Shown in pieces: positions 30,637-38,677 of a stretch of 59,527 nt of DNA. The position numbers were made by a program, and so were the translations under genes. Under the pieces are notes generated by a model, which made no database searches, had not been told where the DNA came from, and saw nothing but the letters and a program-made list of their open reading frames with translations. Where the stretch lies: the NCBI GenBank assembly GCA_009923745.1, contig RFSX01000001.1, forward strand, positions 1 to 59,527. The letters are read 5' to 3'. Position 1 is the first letter of the stretch, and every line of letters starts with the position of its first letter. Source of the DNA: Chitinophagia bacterium. Lineage in GTDB: Bacteria; Bacteroidota; Bacteroidia; Chitinophagales; Saprospiraceae.

Positions 30637-31643
30637 TAATCTTCGTTTTCGTTATCAACAGTTTCACCGGTATATTGCGTTTTGACTGTCTCAGCATTGA
30701 TACCCTGGCTGTTGAGCCATTTTGTAAAAATATCTGTATAGCCATGCGTGACAAATACCTTCGACGCCTGGGTATATCTTATAGCTTTGTTCAGTCCGGG
30801 CCAGTCGGCATGGTCTGATAAAACAAATCCCTTTTCCACCCCACGGCGGCGGCGAGCACCTCGAAGGTTCATCCAGCCAGATGCGAAGGCTACGGCGTGA
30901 TTTTTTATGCGTGCCGTCCAGGAAGAGTCCATCGCTCCGGGGGGGCACACAATGAGAGCTCTGGATATTTCATCCTCTGTTGCTTCCACCAGCTTCTTGG
31001 TCTTTCTCAATTTGATGCCCGATGCCACAAGTACCTTATTAATGGCATCTACTGAGCCATGCGTAAGTATTGGGCCTATACTTTGTTCTACATTTTCTAT
31101 AACGCGTTGTGCTTTTCCAAGTGAATAGGCTGATATGATGCTGGGCCTTTTAATACTGCTGTTGTTGTGCCACCAGCTGTTTATTTCCTGAAGGGTCTCT
31201 TCCTGGTCTTTCCAGTGAAACACAGGAAGCCCAAAAGTCGACTCTGTCACAAAGTAATCGCACTTCATAAATTCAAAAGGCTCTATGTGCTTGTCCTGTT
31301 CGAGCTTATAGTCTCCGGAAATGACCCATACCTCCTGGCTGTCACTGACCCTAATCTGTGCTGAGCCTATAATATGCCCGGCGGGATGAAAGCTGACGTC
31401 TACGCCATTTATATTGATGCGCTTACCAAAACATTGACCCTGTACTTTGATATTGGAAGAAAGTCTGTGCTTGAGCAAAGCTACTGAATCACTCTGGCAT
31501 AGATAGTTTTTATGCCCCGGTCTGGCATGGTCTGAATGCGCATGGGTTATGAGTGCCTTATTAACGGGTTGCCAAGGGTCGATATAAAAACCGCCCTTTT
31601 CGCAGTACAAGCCTTTGGGGCCAAATTGTATAAGTGAAGGCAT
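30636..31643 (-). CDS. ligase-associated DNA damage response exonuclease (MBL / beta-CASP fold)
   Basis: ITHAHSDHA motif, ..HPAGHIIGSA.., C-terminal ..LSDHADW..THG. Its stop overlaps the ligase GTG by 1 nt. Confidence 0.85.
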   Translation of the reverse strand: MPSLIQFGPKGLYCEKGGFYIDPWQPVNKALITHAHSDHARPGHKNYLCQSDSVALLKHRLSSNIKVQGQCFGKRININGVDVSFHPAGHIIGSAQIRVSDSQEVWVISGDYKLEQDKHIEPFEFMKCDYFVTESTFGLPVFHWKDQEETLQEINSWWHNNSSIKRPSIISAYSLGKAQRVIENVEQSIGPILTHGSVDAINKVLVASGIKLRKTKKLVEATEDEISRALIVCPPGAMDSSWTARIKNHAVAFASGWMNLRGARRRRGVEKGFVLSDHADWPGLNKAIRYTQASKVFVTHGYTDIFTKWLNSQGINAETVKTQYTGETVDNENED

Positions 31644-31660
31644 CCGTGATACAATGTGTT

Positions 31661-31691
31661 GCTGAATACCTGCGTAAAATAGATATTCAGC
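31661..31691 (-). promoter_or_regulatory. 8-bp inverted repeat (GCTGAATA-N15-TATTCAGC) in the 64-bp gap upstream of the exo-lig-lhr operon
   Basis: Seen directly. No U-tract follows on the minus strand, so it could be an operator or a weak terminator after apaG. Confidence 0.25.
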
Positions 31692-31707
31692 TCAAAATGT
31701 TCACGTG

Positions 31708-32100
31708 TTAATTGTTGATGAAGTCTGCTATGAGCTGAAATTCGGGTATATAGGCTTTGAATGTGCTGCCGTCTATCATTCTCTTCATGGTATAATATCC
31801 CCTCATTTTGCCTATCGGGGTGGCTAGCGGTGACCAGGAAGAGTAGTTATGCATCTCGCCGGGGCGTATGATGGGCTGTTGCCCGATGACCCCATCTCCT
31901 TCTACAATCTTTACTTCCAGGTTGGAATCCTTGATTTGCCAATAGCGGGTAAGGAGCTGAACGTCAAAGGCGCTGTTATTCTCTATTTCAACAACATAGG
32001 AAAATGCAAAATAGTGATGCAGTGGCCTCGATGAATTCTTTTCATAATAAGATCCGATGCGTATAGTAATGCCCTCAGTGGTCTTAGTTTCTAATATCAT
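31708..32100 (-). CDS. apaG: ApaG (DUF525) protein
   Basis: ..FAFSYVVEIENNSAFDVQLLTRYWQIKDSN...VEGDGVIGQQPIIRPGE.. is the ApaG pattern. Confidence 0.9.
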   Translation of the reverse strand: MILETKTTEGITIRIGSYYEKNSSRPLHHYFAFSYVVEIENNSAFDVQLLTRYWQIKDSNLEVKIVEGDGVIGQQPIIRPGEMHNYSSWSPLATPIGKMRGYYTMKRMIDGSTFKAYIPEFQLIADFINN

Positions 32101-32106
32101 TCTTCC

Positions 32107-32694
32107 TCAGCTCAAATGATTTTTAATCAATTCTTCAGCATTCCTAAGCGTGTCCTCCAGCTCATCATTTAATAACACATAATCAAAAGAATGTTCGTGG
32201 GTCATCTCCCTTTTAACCTTCTTTATCCTGTTTTTGAAACTTTCAGGAGATTCCGTATTCCGGTCTCTAAGTCTGTTGACAAGTATGCTGAATGAAGGAG
32301 GCTTCACAAAAACAGCCAGGCAACGGTCGCCATATTTTTCTTTGATGCTCTCTGCACCCATAACATCAATATCGAAGAGCAATTTCTTGCCGGTTTCGAG
32401 CATGCGTCCGACTTCCGTTTTTAATGTTCCATAATATTTGCCGGGGTAGACCTCTTCCCACTCAATAAGTTTGTCTTCATCAATAAGAACCCTGAATTCT
32501 TCGACGGAAAGGAAATAATAATCCTTTCCGTCAATCTCGCCCTCTCTTCTATCCCGGGTCGTAGCAGAAATTGAAAACCCGAGCTTTTCAGTGTATTTAT
32601 TAAGCAGATGTTTTACCACCGTTGTTTTCCCTGCACCAGAAGGTGCGGTAAAAACAATCATATCATAATCTGTATGTAACTCTTTTTCTGCCAT
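32107..32694 (-). CDS. gmk: guanylate kinase
   Basis: P-loop APSGAGKTT, ..SATTRDRREGEIDGKDYYF.., ..YGT. Confidence 0.95.
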   Translation of the reverse strand: MAEKELHTDYDMIVFTAPSGAGKTTVVKHLLNKYTEKLGFSISATTRDRREGEIDGKDYYFLSVEEFRVLIDEDKLIEWEEVYPGKYYGTLKTEVGRMLETGKKLLFDIDVMGAESIKEKYGDRCLAVFVKPPSFSILVNRLRDRNTESPESFKNRIKKVKREMTHEHSFDYVLLNDELEDTLRNAEELIKNHLS

Positions 32695-32700
32695 GTAATT

Positions 32701-33576
32701 TTATAAAACATTTAGGACCTGTTCTTTTACCTTTTCAAGGTGGTCCTTCATTTGCACTACTATTTGCTGAATTTCTGTATGCTGTGCTTTCGCACCAAGG
32801 GTGTTGATCTCACGACCCATTTCCTGTGATATAAATGAAAGCTTCTTGCCTTTGGGGTTTTGATCCTTTTTTACCTCCTCCTCAAAATACCTGCAATGCT
32901 GTAACAAACGCACTTTTTCTTCATTGATGTCGAGTTTTTCGAGGTAGTAAAGAATCTCCTGCTCAAACCTGTTTTCATCAACACCTTCTCCAGACATATG
33001 CTGAGCCAGGTTTTTACGTATCCTTTTCTTCAGGGATTCTATTCTTTGATCTTCATATTTATCTACCTGATTCAAAAGACCAACAATCAATTCCAGATTT
33101 TCTAAAAGGTCCTTTTCGAGGCTTCGGCCTTCTTTTTTCCTGAAAGCCTTGAGCTTATCCAGGGCTTCTATACACATAGATCTGATAGCTGCCCATTCAT
33201 TCTCATCAATTTCGCCCTCTGTGAGCTGAATGATATTCGGCAACCGCATTATGGACTGCAGCATATCTCCCTGCTCAAGCTTATGTTCTTGGGCAAAAAG
33301 AGACAATTCCCGGTAATAATTGGCCATCAAATCTTTATTGATGTAATAATCCTCTACCCCGCTACCCGACTCTGAGATAAGGTTGACATCAAATTTTCCT
33401 CTTTGTCCGTGGTCAAGAATCAGCTTACGCAGCTCGAGCTCCTTTTCCTTGAGGTTCACCATGGATTTAAAGCGTATATCCGTCGTCTTACCATTCAATG
33501 ACTTGATCTCGATCCTGAAATTATTGGATCCAAGCTCAACATTGGCCTGACCAAACCCCGTCATTGATAGTATCAT
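32701..33576 (-). CDS. yicC: YicC family stress-induced protein / endoribonuclease
   Basis: MILSMTGFGQA.., IKSLNGK, and C-terminal ..EMGREINTLGAKA.. Confidence 0.9.
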   Translation of the reverse strand: MILSMTGFGQANVELGSNNFRIEIKSLNGKTTDIRFKSMVNLKEKELELRKLILDHGQRGKFDVNLISESGSGVEDYYINKDLMANYYRELSLFAQEHKLEQGDMLQSIMRLPNIIQLTEGEIDENEWAAIRSMCIEALDKLKAFRKKEGRSLEKDLLENLELIVGLLNQVDKYEDQRIESLKKRIRKNLAQHMSGEGVDENRFEQEILYYLEKLDINEEKVRLLQHCRYFEEEVKKDQNPKGKKLSFISQEMGREINTLGAKAQHTEIQQIVVQMKDHLEKVKEQVLNVL

Positions 33577-33850
33577 ATAAATAAATATTTAGTAACAGGA
33601 AAATGTCCTCATTCAAAAGAATGAGTCATTAAGAGCCACAAATATGCACTTAATGCATATAAAATGTAGAAAAGACTGTGCCATTTTATATTCTCCTGAC
33701 ATTGAGAGAATTATCATTTTCAGGCAACTCAAAAATATCTTCTCAAAAAAAAAGAATAATTGTTTCCTTAAATGATAAAATTTCCGAAATTTGCCATCCA
33801 TTTAGTTTAGGCTCAGCATAATTGCTTATTAATCAACAAATTATGAAGGT

Positions 33851-34150
33851 ATGAGAAAAGCCGATTTGGTAAATACCATTGCAGATAAAACAGGAGTGCC
33901 AAAAGTAGATGTATTGGTATCCCTTGAGGAATTTTTTAAAGAGGTGAAGGAATCGCTTTCATCAGGAGAAAATGTATACATCAGGGGCTTTGGCTCCTTC
34001 GTTATAAAGAAGCGTGCCAAGAAGATTGGTAGACACATTAAAAAGAATGTGGCTATCGAAATTCCTGAACACTATATCCCTTCGTTCAAGCCGGCTAAGG
34101 TCTTCGTTGACCAGGTAAAAGATAATGTAAACGCCTTGCCAGAAGACTAG
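33851..34150 (+). CDS. hup: HU family DNA-binding protein
   Basis: MRKADLVNTIADKTG...IRGFGSF..K.RA.K.GR..K....I.IP....P.FKP. Confidence 0.9.
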   Translation: MRKADLVNTIADKTGVPKVDVLVSLEEFFKEVKESLSSGENVYIRGFGSFVIKKRAKKIGRHIKKNVAIEIPEHYIPSFKPAKVFVDQVKDNVNALPED

Positions 34151-34158
34151 GGTCCCTT

Positions 34159-34947
34159 ATGCGTCTTAACAAAGGACAGTGGATCTCAATAGCTCTTTTT
34201 GCAGGCTTGTTTTTAATCCTCTACTTAGGATTTGATACGCGTTCTAAAGAACAGAAAGCCCTGGTAAAGTCCCGGGCACAAAATCTTGAAATAATCAATA
34301 TCAACAGGCTGATTAGCGATGCCAAAAGCCGATTGCCGGGAGCAGTATTCAGTAAGATAAAATCCCTGGAAGAACACCTGGAATCTGCAAATAATGACAG
34401 CCTGAAGCTTTATTGCCTGGAACAACTAGCCTCCCTGTATTACAAGGAGTCTCAAGCATTGATTTCCGGCCATTATGCAAAATTGATAGCTGAACAAAAT
34501 CAAGGCGACGCGGGGTCTTGGGCCATAAGCGGTACAACATTTGCAATAGCTGCAAAGCAGCTTGATGATGAGAATGAACTGAAGTACGCCGTCCAGGAGA
34601 GCCGCAAGGCTTTTGAAAGTGCCTTGTCGATTGATCCTGAGGATATAAGCAGTCGAATAAACCTTGCGCTCAGCTATGTAGATTTTCCGGTTCAGGACAA
34701 TCCCATGAAGGGCGTCTTAATGCTCCTGGAACTGAACAGACAATACCCGGAAAATGCATCGGTGCTTTTGCAACTTGGACGACTCGCTTTGGGAACCAAT
34801 CAGTATGATAAAGCCGTTGAAAGGCTTACAAAGGTGTTGCAATTACAGCCCGATAATAAAGAAGCCCACTGCCTTTTAGCTGATGTATATGCCCGAATGG
34901 GCAACCAGCAAAAAGCCAACACAGAAATTGAAATTTGTAATTCATAA
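34159..34947 (+). CDS. TPR-repeat protein with an N-terminal membrane anchor
   Basis: One TM helix (WISIALFAGLFLILYLGF), then TPR-like helices (..AFESALSIDPEDISSRINLALSY.., ..AVERLTKVLQLQPDNKEAHCLLADVYARMGN..). Confidence 0.7.
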   Translation: MRLNKGQWISIALFAGLFLILYLGFDTRSKEQKALVKSRAQNLEIININRLISDAKSRLPGAVFSKIKSLEEHLESANNDSLKLYCLEQLASLYYKESQALISGHYAKLIAEQNQGDAGSWAISGTTFAIAAKQLDDENELKYAVQESRKAFESALSIDPEDISSRINLALSYVDFPVQDNPMKGVLMLLELNRQYPENASVLLQLGRLALGTNQYDKAVERLTKVLQLQPDNKEAHCLLADVYARMGNQQKANTEIEICNS

Positions 34948-34965
34948 AAAATAAAAGAGAAAAAT

Positions 34966-35061
34966 ATGCCTTGCGGTAAAAAAAGAAAACGACATAAGAT
35001 CTCTACCCACAAAAGAAAGAAGAGACTTAGAAAGAACAGACACAAGAAAAAGAATAAATAA
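34966..35061 (+). CDS. 31-aa hyper-basic peptide resembling the bS22 / AURKAIP1-COX24-type small-subunit ribosomal protein
   Basis: Below the track cutoff. ATG...TAA gives MPCGKKRKRHKISTHKRKKRLRKNRHKKKNK, with 20 of 31 residues K or R plus 3 His. It lies 18 nt after the TPR gene and is followed by a hairpin plus T-run. Confidence 0.6.
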   Translation: MPCGKKRKRHKISTHKRKKRLRKNRHKKKNK

Positions 35062-35067
35062 ATTCTG

Positions 35068-35093
35068 AGTTCACTGTAGTGGACTGCTTTTTT
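35068..35093 (+). terminator. intrinsic terminator after the bS22-like ORF
   Basis: AGTTCAC-tgta-GTGGACT (7 bp including one G-U), then GC and TTTTTT. Confidence 0.5.
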
Positions 35094-35173
35094 AAGAACA
35101 CACTTGTTACACTTCCAAAGTACTCGGCTGATACTCTGGCAGATTCACTACAGTAGCTATAAAAATATAGGCT

Positions 35174-36724
35174 TTGGAAAAGGAGTTAATCGTTAATTCA
35201 ACTCCCACTAATGTAGAGATAGCCCTACTCGAAAATCGCAAACTGGTAGAGTTACATACCGAGAAAAGCGATGTTCACTTTAGTGTAGGAGACATATTTA
35301 TAGGCAACATCAAAATGTTGCGACCGGGTCTAAACGCGGCGTTCCTCGACGTCGGCGAAAGGAAAGACGCATTCCTGCATTATACCGATCTGGGTCCCCA
35401 AATCAACTCGGTTCTTAAGTATACGCGCATAGCGATGAACCGTAGTCTGAAAGGAAGGCTTCTGGACGAATTCAAGCTGGAGCCGGACAATCAGAAGAAT
35501 GGAAAAATAGATAAGGTTTTCCAAAAACGCCAGCCCGTTCTTGTTCAAATCCTTAAAGAACCCATTTCTACAAAAGGTCCTAGACTGACTTGCGAGATCA
35601 CACTTGCGGGCCGATTCATGGTTATGGCTCCATTCAGAAACAGCGTTTCTGTATCTAAGAAAATTACCGACCAGGAAGAGCGCAAAAGGCTAAAAGTTCT
35701 TATTGAAAGCATCAAGCCTAAAAACTTTGGATTTATAATCCGAACGGCGGCAGAAGGAAAAAAAGTGGCCGACCTGCACGATGAGATTAATAACCTGGTC
35801 AAGAAATGGGAAACCATAACCAAAAGGCTTGGAGAAAACCAGGAAACCGGCAAGCTGCTTAGTGAGGTGGATAAAACCGAAGGGTTTCTTCGTGACATCA
35901 TCAATGACAGTTTTAACAGGATTGTTATCAATGACAAGGCACTCTTTGACAACGCAAAAGATTACCTGGAAAATGTAGATCGGGAATCTTCCAAAATGCT
36001 GAGCCTCTATAAAAGCAGTAAGCCGATCTTTGATACCTACGGCATAAAAAAACAAATCAAGGCCGCATTCAGTAAGACACCCACTATGTCGAGTGGCGCT
36101 TACCTTGTAATTGAGCACACGGAAGCCATGCATGTCGTTGACGTAAACAGTGGGCCCAAGTCCCAGAACAGGGACCAGGAGACTTCAGCCCTGAGTGTCA
36201 ACCTCGAAGCCGGAAAGGAAATCGCACGTCAGTTGCGTCTAAGAGACTTGGGTGGTCTGATCATTATCGACTTCATCGACATGCGCAATAAAGAAAACAA
36301 GAACATCCTCTACACTAAAATGAAGGAGTTTCTCAAAGACGACAGAGCGCAACATACAATTCTTCCTTTAAGTAAGTTTGGGCTGATGCAAATAACCCGT
36401 CAGCGTGTCAAACCGGAAGTACAGATCAATACCATGGAGCAATGCCCGTCTTGTCACGGAAGCGGCAAGGTAGAGCCATCGCAGTTGCTTCCGGATGAAA
36501 TCGAACGCAACCTGCGTTTTATCTTAGACGCCTACCCCAACATGACGATTACACTACGCGCCAATCCATTCATATATGCCTACCTCAAAAAAGGTTTTGT
36601 CAACAAGCAACAGCAATGGTTGATGAAGTATAATAGATGGATTAAACTGGAATTGGATAACGAATACGCTTACACCGAATACCGCTTCTTCAACAAATTT
36701 AATGACGAAATCCGTCTTGACTAA
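35174..36724 (+). CDS. rng: Rne/Rng family ribonuclease (RNase G/E catalytic-domain type)
   Basis: S1 domain (..VGDIFIGNIKMLRPGLNAAFLDVG..), ..VVDVNSG.., ..GGLIIIDFIDM.., zinc-link CPSCHGSG. TTG start. Confidence 0.9.
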   Translation: MEKELIVNSTPTNVEIALLENRKLVELHTEKSDVHFSVGDIFIGNIKMLRPGLNAAFLDVGERKDAFLHYTDLGPQINSVLKYTRIAMNRSLKGRLLDEFKLEPDNQKNGKIDKVFQKRQPVLVQILKEPISTKGPRLTCEITLAGRFMVMAPFRNSVSVSKKITDQEERKRLKVLIESIKPKNFGFIIRTAAEGKKVADLHDEINNLVKKWETITKRLGENQETGKLLSEVDKTEGFLRDIINDSFNRIVINDKALFDNAKDYLENVDRESSKMLSLYKSSKPIFDTYGIKKQIKAAFSKTPTMSSGAYLVIEHTEAMHVVDVNSGPKSQNRDQETSALSVNLEAGKEIARQLRLRDLGGLIIIDFIDMRNKENKNILYTKMKEFLKDDRAQHTILPLSKFGLMQITRQRVKPEVQINTMEQCPSCHGSGKVEPSQLLPDEIERNLRFILDAYPNMTITLRANPFIYAYLKKGFVNKQQQWLMKYNRWIKLELDNEYAYTEYRFFNKFNDEIRLD

Positions 36725-37133
36725 GCTTACTTTACTATGTATGCCCCATTGCTGGAAGGCCAAAAAATCATATATGGCGATTTAACCTGGTGCTTGGGCC
36801 ACGCTAGCAGAAGCAGGCTTTTGATACAAGGCAACAAGCATATCACCCTAGCTGTAGATGGAGAATTCCCTTCAGCGCAAACCAATGTCCCTAAGGCCCT
36901 GTAATGTATGCTATACATGCAAGCTGTGGAGCATTATTATCAAGAGCACACCCAATATCGTGGGCGCCATCTTGAGTGAAAACTCAAGACTTAATAAAAT
37001 AGTTAGAAAGAGTACAATCCAGATATCATCCTTTCGGCCAGTAGCTATGCCATTAGCCCTACTTACAGCGCTTTAGGGGTCATCCAATTGATTAAAATGT
37101 CTTAAACCTGCAGTGGATTTTCCTTGTTTCGCC

Positions 37134-38306
37134 TTAAGAACCTAATAGTTGCTGCAGCTGTTGTTTTTCGATTCCAAACTGTTTCTTCAGAGCTTCCACC
37201 TTGTCCAGGTATTTCTGTATCGGAAGCCCGGACCTTGTTTTTTTTACTGCTGTAATAAGCAGATTCTTGGGGGTATGGTCTGTAGCTATAAATTCCATCA
37301 CCCTTGTCTGATAGCCATAGGCCTCAAGCATCAGTGCCCTGATGGTGTCTGTTACAATTTCTGCCTGTCGTTCTTTAAGAATTCCATGCTTTGTGATGAC
37401 GGATAACGCCTCGTTGGCTTCCATTTGCTTGCGTACCTGCTTGTGACAACACGGAGAACAGACTATGACCTCTGCTCCAGATTTAATACCTCTGAATATG
37501 GCATCATCAGTAGCCGTATCACAGGCGTGCAGGGCTATAACCATATCAATATCCTTAAGAGGGGTGTTTTCAATGGCGCCTTCCTTGAAGACAAGGCCGT
37601 CAAAGCCTACAGCTCGCGCCAACTCATTTCCATTACGTACCAAATGTCCACGCAATTCTATGGCTTCAAGACTCAGGTCAATGTCAAGATTGTTGCTTAA
37701 ATGATCATAAAGGGCAAAACTTAAATATCCTTTTCCCGCTCCCATATCGACTATGCGGTATGGTTGTTTCATTTCGTCAGGCTTCAAAACATTATCGATG
37801 AGCTCTATGAACTTATTGATCTGGCGGTATTTGTCTTGCTTATCTTTGCGAATATTTCCGTCTTGAGTAGATATTTCCAAACCGTGCAAGTAAGCATTCT
37901 TGTCCGCCTTTATAAGTCGGTTCTTTGTTTTATCATGGGATCTTTCCGGTACCCTGTAGAGCTTTGCCTCCTTAATAGTTAATTTCCAATTTGCCTTATT
38001 AGCTTTTTGAGAAAGGTGATACTCCTTATGTGTTGTACTCAGTATGGCTTGAAAAAAATCTTTTGTTAGCAAATCATTCAAGACCCTATCAATCTTATCA
38101 ACCTCAAAGTTCTTCGTAATATCATTTGTCTCATACCTGAAAACCAGTGACAGCCGAAGCCCCTTTTTAATTTCGATCAGCTTGCCCCTAAGCGTTCTTA
38201 ACTCAGAACTCTTGTCGCGTTTATTCATTAAAGAAAGCGAGGCAAAAGTGTCATCAGAGATACTTTCCAAAACATGATTTATAAATATGTGCAACTGATC
38301 AGACAT
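37134..38306 (-). CDS. class I SAM-dependent methyltransferase (Methyltransf_32-like) with a ~180-aa N-terminal domain of unknown function
   Basis: SAM motif I IVDMGAGKGYLSFAL, ..VIALHACDTATD.., ..SPCCH. Confidence 0.7.
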   Translation of the reverse strand: MSDQLHIFINHVLESISDDTFASLSLMNKRDKSSELRTLRGKLIEIKKGLRLSLVFRYETNDITKNFEVDKIDRVLNDLLTKDFFQAILSTTHKEYHLSQKANKANWKLTIKEAKLYRVPERSHDKTKNRLIKADKNAYLHGLEISTQDGNIRKDKQDKYRQINKFIELIDNVLKPDEMKQPYRIVDMGAGKGYLSFALYDHLSNNLDIDLSLEAIELRGHLVRNGNELARAVGFDGLVFKEGAIENTPLKDIDMVIALHACDTATDDAIFRGIKSGAEVIVCSPCCHKQVRKQMEANEALSVITKHGILKERQAEIVTDTIRALMLEAYGYQTRVMEFIATDHTPKNLLITAVKKTRSGLPIQKYLDKVEALKKQFGIEKQQLQQLLGS

Positions 38307-38472
38307 CGAGAGAATAAAGCTAGCTAATTTTGATCACGTTAATACATATAAGGCATATAGTGCCCAAATAAGATGAAAGACCTACTGGCGCGATCATGCC
38401 CAACAGTAGTTTGACCGTGTACCAAACCAAAACCTTTTTACAATCGGTATAAGTTCTGAACGGGATGAAAAC

Positions 38473-38501
38473 AAAAAAGCCCAGCATCTCTGCAAGGCTT
38501 T
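38473..38501 (-). terminator. intrinsic terminator after tRNA-Val
   Basis: Minus strand: AAAGCCTTGCA-gaga-TGCTGGGCTTT (one mismatch and one G-U), followed by a T-run. Confidence 0.5.
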
Positions 38502-38504
38502 CTA

Positions 38505-38582
38505 TGGTGGGCGGTAAGAGACTCGAACTCCTGACCCCCTGGGTGTAAACCAGGTGCTCTGAACCAACTGAGCTAACCGCCC
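38505..38582 (-). tRNA. tRNA-Val (anticodon TAC), CCA encoded
   Basis: Hand-folded cloverleaf: GGGCGGT/ACCGCCC acceptor, GCTC/GAGC D-stem, CCTGG-TTTACAC-CCAGG anticodon arm, AGGAG-TTCGAGT-CTCTT T-arm, discriminator A plus CCA. Confidence 0.93.
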
Positions 38583-38629
38583 CTATTCTGTCCTGTCGTG
38601 CTTTTTGTCAGGGCCCTTGAAAGGGAACG

Positions 38630-38661
38630 CAAATATATATGCACTCACAGATATCTGCAAA
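38630..38661 (-). promoter_or_regulatory. Bacteroidota sigma-A-type promoter for tRNA-Val (TTTG-N20-TATATTTG)
   Basis: Minus strand: TTTG at 38661-38658, a 20-nt spacer, then TATATTTG at 38637-38630, about 45 nt upstream of the tRNA 5' end. Confidence 0.5.
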
Positions 38662-38677
38662 TCTTTGGGTAAAATAT

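Noticed and set aside
31644-31710. LexA/SOS box upstream of the DDR operon
   Set aside because: There is no CTGT-N8-ACAG or GAAC-N4-GTTC type palindrome. Only a CACGTG hexamer lies across the apaG stop, which is too short and common to call.
35545-36133. Two overlapping antisense ORFs (135 and 147 aa) inside rng
   Set aside because: Both lie within the conserved RNase G/E catalytic domain and have no recognisable features. They are shadow ORFs.
36725-37133. Known housekeeping ncRNA (RNase P RNA, tmRNA, SRP/4.5S RNA, 6S RNA, cobalamin or TPP riboswitch) in the long gap
   Set aside because: I looked for GGAAAGUCC-type RNase P cores, a tRNA-like tmRNA 3' end, the SRP GGAAGCAGCC motif and B12/TPP boxes and found none. 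The region is kept only as an unexplained-region finding.
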